Positions 57,566-64,000 of a stretch of 64,000 nucleotides of DNA are shown in pieces. The translations under genes and the position numbers were made by a program. Within the stretch, counting starts at the first letter, position 1. The number at the start of each line of letters is the position of its first letter. The notes under the pieces are model-generated. The model was not told where the DNA came from. It did no database searches and saw only the letters and a list, made by a program, of their open reading frames with translations. This stretch comes from Octopus sinensis (Eukaryota), in assembly GCF_006345805.1 (NCBI RefSeq), contig NC_042998.1:149110001-149174000 (forward strand), in the 5' to 3' direction.

Positions 57566-58407
57566 AGTGCATTTGTGTGTATGTATGTATGTAGCTTCGG
57601 AGTGTGCATCAAATAGTAACTATGTATATTGCTGTACAGAGTGGAATCACAATGTGAAGGTCTAGGAGTGCGTGCGTGTGATGTTTTTGGTGGTGGTGGT
57701 GGTTGTCGTCGTCGTCGAGGTCTTCGTTTTCGTGGTGGTGACGGTGGGACTGATTGTAGTGATAATGCTGATATTTGGTAGTGGTGAAGGTGTTGTTGAT
57801 AATGTAGATGTTGTGATGCTGTGGATGGTGGTGATAGTTGTGTGAAGCAGGTGGTCGTAGTGGTGGTGGCAATATTCAAACTGTATGTAGTAAACAAACA
57901 CACAACACATACAATACACACACACAAACATACATAGATACATACATACATACATACATACATACATACATACATACATACATACATACATACATACGCA
58001 CGTACGTACGTACGTACAAAATGTGCTACACCCGTGTGAAACAGAACGCAGAATCATGAATTATACAAGCATAACAAAGACACTGAAGATTTGGGCGTAA
58101 ACACGTCTAGTTTCTCCATCTGTTGTCGACTAGATATAACAGTAATTTCAACACTATCCGATAATACTTTTCAATCCACCTGTGGTAACAGGCAGGAAGG
58201 GCAATGGCACCTTATGGGAAAGGTGAGAGAAGAACAGATGACTGGAAAGAGAGAGGGAATATTGCAGCAACGGTGGGTTGTTAAATACATTAAGAGGATA
58301 ACGGAGAAAGAGGAGGAATGATCAAATAGAAAGAGAGATAAAAGTATAAGTGATGCATCATAAAAGGCTATAAGACAAGGATAGAAAAAGGGCTGGCAGA
58401 TGGATTA

Positions 58408-58814
58408 GATCGACCCCAGTACGCAACTGGTACTTAATTTATCGACCCCGAAAGGATGAAAGCAAAGTCGACCTCGGCGGAATTTCAACTCAGAACGTAG
58501 CGGCAGACGAAATACCTATTTCTTTACTACCCACAAGGGGCTAAACACAGAGGGGACAAACAAGGACAGACACACGGATTAAGTCGATTACATCGACCCC
58601 CAGTACGTAACTGGTGCTTATTTAATCGACCCCGAAAGGATGAAAGGCAAAGTCGACCTCGGCGGAATTTGAACTCAGAACGTAACGGCAGACGAAATAC
58701 GGCTACGCATTTCGCCCGGCGTGCTAACGTTTCTGCCAGCTCGCTGCCTTTCGTAACGGCAGACGAAATACCGCTAAGCATTTCGCCCGGCGTGCTGACG
58801 TTTCTGCCAGCTCG
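58408..58814 (-). mobile_element. SINE family A dimer with an extra duplicated head
   Basis: Partial head 58752-58814, full unit ~58510-58749, second unit 58408-58509. Confidence 0.85.
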
Positions 58815-59632
58815 AACGAAACGTTATAATGCATTTTGCTTAGCGCTTTTCTACCTCGAACCCGATACAATGGAACTTATATCAGTAAATCTATATATGT
58901 TGCGAAAACACTTCTAGCTAATCTCCTCACTATCTGTCAGACCATGCATAACTCATACTTCTTACCACCTCTTACCCCCACCACTTCTCTGAAGGAATGA
59001 AATAGAAGTAACCCATACTCTACACCATTTCTTACTCAACGTACCCCACCTTTTTTTTTTACCATTTAATAACAAATAGAAGAGAAGGAAAAAGCAGCGT
59101 CAACGAACCGCTTAGTTTTCAGAGCTTCTGAGCTTAGTTGGTGGCAGAGAGGAAATTTTCTTCAAAACCAGAAATCTGGTCAGACAGTTTGGTTCAGATA
59201 AACACCAGAACAATATCTGTGTCTAAACAGAAATCTTCCAATTCAGAACCAGAAACTACAGCTGGCTGTCTTCAAAGTTCAAGTGAAACTCCTAATAGAA
59301 TGAACCCTGTTTCAATATCCAACCCATGAAAGCACGTGGGTCAAGTGGTTAAGGTGTTGTAGTTATGTTCGTATGATTCTGGTTTCGATTCCTGGACAAG
59401 ACGGTGTGTTGGGTTCTTTAGACGTTTAGTCCACTTTGCTGTCAGTGCGTACCCCTACGACAGATTGGTATCTCTTTTAGAGGGAATCCTCTAATCTCCA
59501 TCACTTATACGCTGTAGAAACCGTCCTTAGGAGTCCTCGGATTCAAGATAATAATGTTCAGGCGATGATGGCGACGACGACGACGACATCGACGACGATG
59601 ACGACATCGACGACGACGACGACATCGACGAC

Positions 59633-59670
<38 letters not shown>

Positions 59671-60739
59671 CCATGATGATCATGATGAGTATCTTGTGTG
59701 GCGCTGCTGATTCACTTAGGCATCTTAGCTTGCATTCAAATTAACATCCGGTCTGTTGATAAAGTCTCACTTATAAAGAAACTCTAATAAGTAAATGACT
59801 TTAGTTTTTAGTTTTGAACACTCATTCTCTCTCTTTTGCAATGTTCCCAGCTCTTCAGATGTGGATTGTAACAGTCTACTTCTACCCAATCTCATCCTAT
59901 ACATTCGCTACCTTTCTTTTCACTCACAGTGCGTCGCTCCATCACAAATTCTACATTATCCACTTAAATGAATCCTCCTTCCTGGATTTATAAAGTTTTT
60001 AAGCTGACCGTCAACCATGCCGATATAACAAGTCTTCAACAAGCAGCGCAGATCCAGATATGAACACAGAACCTTATCTAACATTGTACTCGGTGTGAAT
60101 CAGAACTGAAATTAATTTAAATGTCATAAAACATGGCAACAGCTTGAAGTAAGAATAACGTAAGAAGAATTCAATATAATTGCACAAACAGGTAGGTATA
60201 GTTTCAAATCTACCAATTCCAAATGGAGAAGCGGACATGATTCTTGCAATGGTGCTAATATTGTAAACAAATATCCACATGTAATTATGATTAAAATATT
60301 GCAACAAATAAGGATAGAAAAATCAATATTAAAACCAACCTGAATTTCCAAGAATCCCTGCCTGGTTCTCTAAGATATTATTGTCATTTAGTACCACTAT
60401 TTCAATTATTATCCTCCTATTGTCATTGGCTGCTCTAAATGATTCTTAGAATTGCTGCATAGAAGCCGATGATAAATGGGGAAGTGAACATTTCTCGGCA
60501 TCTGGACTCTATTAGGATTTTCATTTTCCAAGACAGCAGAGGATCATGTTAGTGTGAGTGCGAGTACAATATATCTGCTGAGTCATTAATGTGATGCCGC
60601 CAGATAGTTGAGAACACGCTCGCAAAATCACCTGATCACACTCATATACATGCACAGATACATGCATATACCGGTAGACGTGAACACATAAATACCAATT
60701 TATATATGTGTATATATATACACCCACACACGCATACTC

Positions 60740-60788
<49 letters not shown>

Positions 60789-60840
60789 ACACATACATAT
60801 CCACGCACATATATACATGCACACACACACGCACACACAT

Positions 60841-60887
<47 letters not shown>

Positions 60888-60966
60888 CATACACACATAC
60901 ATATCCACGCACATATATACATGCACACACACACGCACACACATATATATATATATAAATGTATGC

Positions 60967-61013
<47 letters not shown>

Positions 61014-61398
61014 ATATATATATGCAAATGTTTCGCCTATGAATATGTACTGAATAATCATATTTTATATTGAGAGAAGGCGCGAAAAATACGCTGTGTA
61101 ATATATATACATATATATATATGTGTGTGTGTGTGTATGTGTGTATAGCCTGTATTCAAAAAAAATTTTTCTTCGTAAAGAAGTTCTTTTTCTTTTGTGG
61201 AGATATGTTACCCAAGCAGGACTATTTTTCTGCTATTATCGATTGATGATTCTGGATATCATTCTTGAATTGTTGTGCTAATGTTTGTGACTGGTTAGTT
61301 TGACCATTTTTAGTACATTTTACTTCCGAATGTCCAGTTGTCCCTATGGAGGCTTCATTCTTTTCGATAAAAAATATAGGAGAAAATATTAATTGTCT

Positions 61399-61487
61399 AA
61401 AGAAAACAGAATATGCATAGAATAATCACATTTTTATTGCAGCATGATTTAAAAATGTGATTATTCTATGTATATTCTGTTTTTTTT
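61399..61487. other. Near-perfect 38-bp stem-loop in otherwise unique DNA
   Basis: 61399-61436 pairs with 61450-61487 with only two G-T wobbles. 13-nt loop TTGCAGCATGATT. Confidence 0.9.
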
Positions 61488-61501
61488 TAAACTATTAATT
61501 T

Positions 61502-61563
<62 letters not shown>

Positions 61564-61939
61564 CCAAATCGAACATTAAAAGTAACAAATAAGAAAACAA
61601 CGAAAGGACGTTTATATGCTTGAGGTTCGATAAAGGTGGAGAAAAAAAAGAGTGGGCTTTTTATGTAACGAGCATAACTTTTTGTCAGAAAGAGGAGAAA
61701 GGAAGGGTCCAGGGAAAGCAGAATTTAACTTAGGGAGCGTATACTATACTGATCGCCAGACGTAAAAGATCTCGCCTTCTCCGCAATAGCTTAGGAATCC
61801 ACAACTTTTCAATACCTTGCTAAAAGTTCTCTGAGATCTATGACGTGTAGATGAGGATGTGTTCAGAGAACAGTTAGGTAAATGCTATTTAATATACAGA
61901 CAAACAGACAGGTAGATAGATAGATAGAGAGAGAGAGAA

Positions 61940-61973
<34 letters not shown>

Positions 61974-62076
61974 GGATAAAAAGATAGATAGATAAACAGA
62001 CAGGCAGTTCAATAGCTAAGTAGGTAGGTAGGTAGACAGACTGACGGACACATAAATAGATAGATAGATAGATACA

Positions 62077-62149
<73 letters not shown>

Positions 62150-63074
62150 TGTTGTTGTTGTTGTTGTTGTCGTCGTCGTCGTCCTTGCTGTTGTTGACGA
62201 TGTTGTTTAGCTTCCAGATCAGTCCTGTTCGACAGATATATCCTCAAGGACATTCTAGCCATGACCATCTCCTATTATAAAGGTTTTTAAGATTATGTTT
62301 GTTCGTTCTTTCAACTCCCTGTCCTCTGAGTTCAGATCTCGCCAAGAGATTAATTTCGCTTTTCATCTTGTTTTTGAGGTCGATAAAAAGAGTACCAAAC
62401 GCGTGTAGTGGTATAGTAGAGATGATAGAAGGCGGTACGTGATGCCTTGTGGTAATCGAACCGGCTGTTTGCCCTCTAAAAACAATGTCTGTAATGATAC
62501 TGGTGCCCTAATCTAACCACATTTAACTGAAACAACAGCGGTGTCATGGTGACAGAGAGAATTGCATGACAGAGCATTGGTCAGTCTTCTAAAACCACCC
62601 CCACCACTACCACCATGTTTAGGCCTGCGAATAAATGAGCAGAAACAGTAAATTCTTATTGACGGCATCCCCAAGATATCCATTGTATCGTTCCCCTTTT
62701 TGAAGATGTTGGGATATGATTTAAGGGGACATTTATTTGTTGTTTCTACTGGGTTAAACGACCGAAAAGAGATTCTCTCAGTGGTTCGAGTGAAAGTAGA
62801 ACTATCAGCAACTCTGTTCTGCGATTTTGATATCCTCAAACTGTTGGTATTTCCAAAAACTTACAGCAGAGTAGACTCCGCTAAAGGTTACCAAGCGTCA
62901 TAGGTCATGTTAAAGCAGACGGTATGGTACGGATAACCTCTAAAAAGGGCACAAGAAAATGAGGTTGGAGCCATAGGAGTTAAACACATTAAAGAATAAG
63001 ATAATAATGATGATTGCAATAATATTATTAATGATTTTGTGGCATCGGCCCAGGACTATAAATTTATAAAGGAT

Positions 63075-63385
63075 TTTGTTGATTGAATCACCACCCCGCC
63101 GCTGATAATGGCAGCCGTTTACTTTATCAACCCGGCCTACGATGAAAGTTAAGGTCGGCCTCTGTGGGATTGATCTCAGGAACTAAAGAGATGCGATTAA
63201 GATACTACGAAGCATAATAATAATATTGATTAGTAACATTTGTAACGGAGAAAACATTTTGGTGAAGGGCAGAGTCGATTAAATAGACATCAATAGTTTA
63301 TTGGCACCGGCGGAACAAATGAAAGCCAACTTGACCCTGATGGGAGGAACACAGAACGTAAAGGAACGTAAGTAAATACAAGGCT
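63075..63385 (-). mobile_element. Old degraded SINE-A-like fragments
   Basis: TTTATCAACCC...GATGAAAG..AAGGTCGGCCTC and GTCGATTAAATAGAC...ATGAAAGCCAACTTGACC. Confidence 0.45.
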
Positions 63386-64000
63386 AGAAATTCGAAAGAA
63401 AGGAAGTCTATCGACTGATCAATCCAAATAAGTATTAGTAATGCTTTTTTATTAACCTTCCTCGATGGGGTGAAGAAAATGGTTGTAGTGGTGGTGGTGG
63501 TGGTGGTGGTTGTTGTGGTGGTAGTGGTGGTTGTGGTGATGGTGGCGGCGACGGCGGTGGTGGTGGTGGTGGGTCATGTTGCTTTTGATGATTTTTGCTG
63601 AAGATTTGGTCTAGAGATATCGCCTCAAAAACAATCCAGCCATGATCATCTCTTTTCATTTTTTTCGGGTATAGTTTATCTCGCAGGACGACATTGCTTA
63701 AAATAACACGTTGTAATTTGAAGGACATTTGTCTGCCATTTCTTGCATGCGGAGAGATTGCATGCATGCTCTCTAATAACTGACTCGCGATAATGGTTAT
63801 GATGATGGTGGCGGTGCTGGTGGTGGTCCTGGCGGTGGATTCAGCGGCGGTGGTGGTGAGGACGACGTAATACAAAAGTTATGTGTACTAATATGATTAC
63901 GCTCCACATGTGTGTGTCTGTGTGCTGTATATGTTTGAGTGTCTCTGTGTGTGTTTGTGTGTATGGGTGTATACATAACTAAATGAACATGCGTATAATG

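Noticed and set aside
60070-60350. Hydrophobic minus-strand ORFs as a membrane-protein exon
   Set aside because: AT-rich antisense frames are commonly hydrophobic. No receptor or channel motifs and no splice support.
63740-63775. TGCATG cluster as RBFOX sites
   Set aside because: No nearby exon identified, and TGCATG is very common in this window.

Overview
AT-rich eukaryotic DNA with very dense microsatellites and no host gene I can identify. The repeat repertoire (tRNA-derived SINEs, R4/Dong-like, RTE, Tx1 and Penelope remnants, mariners, Chapaev3) strongly resembles an octopus/coleoid cephalopod genome; this is recognition and inference, not a database result. Almost all ORFs in the track are read-throughs of simple repeats. 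The real coding signal is dead transposon sequence: four mariners, a full-length Chapaev3 with TIRs and a TTA target-site duplication, a pogo-like fragment, R4/Dong-like RT and RLE remnants, RTE and Tx1 RT remnants, and a Penelope GIY-YIG remnant. The most interesting layer is structured non-coding sequence that the ORF track does not show. There are seven type-I hammerhead-ribozyme-like motifs in several architectures. One has an intact core inside a young 543-bp unit with a 125-127-bp terminal redundancy and a 36-bp inversion, resembling a retrozyme or Penelope pseudo-LTR (30919-31623). Also present are a ~1.1-kb foldback element with a candidate 9-bp TSD and inward-facing tRNA-like boxes, a locally mirrored SINE with a nested 86-bp palindrome, a LINE fragment bracketed by 74-bp inverted repeats, and a 38-bp near-perfect hairpin (61399-61487). 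No CRISPR, rRNA or intact tRNA gene was found. Most coordinates were counted by hand; the ends of degraded elements are approximate.
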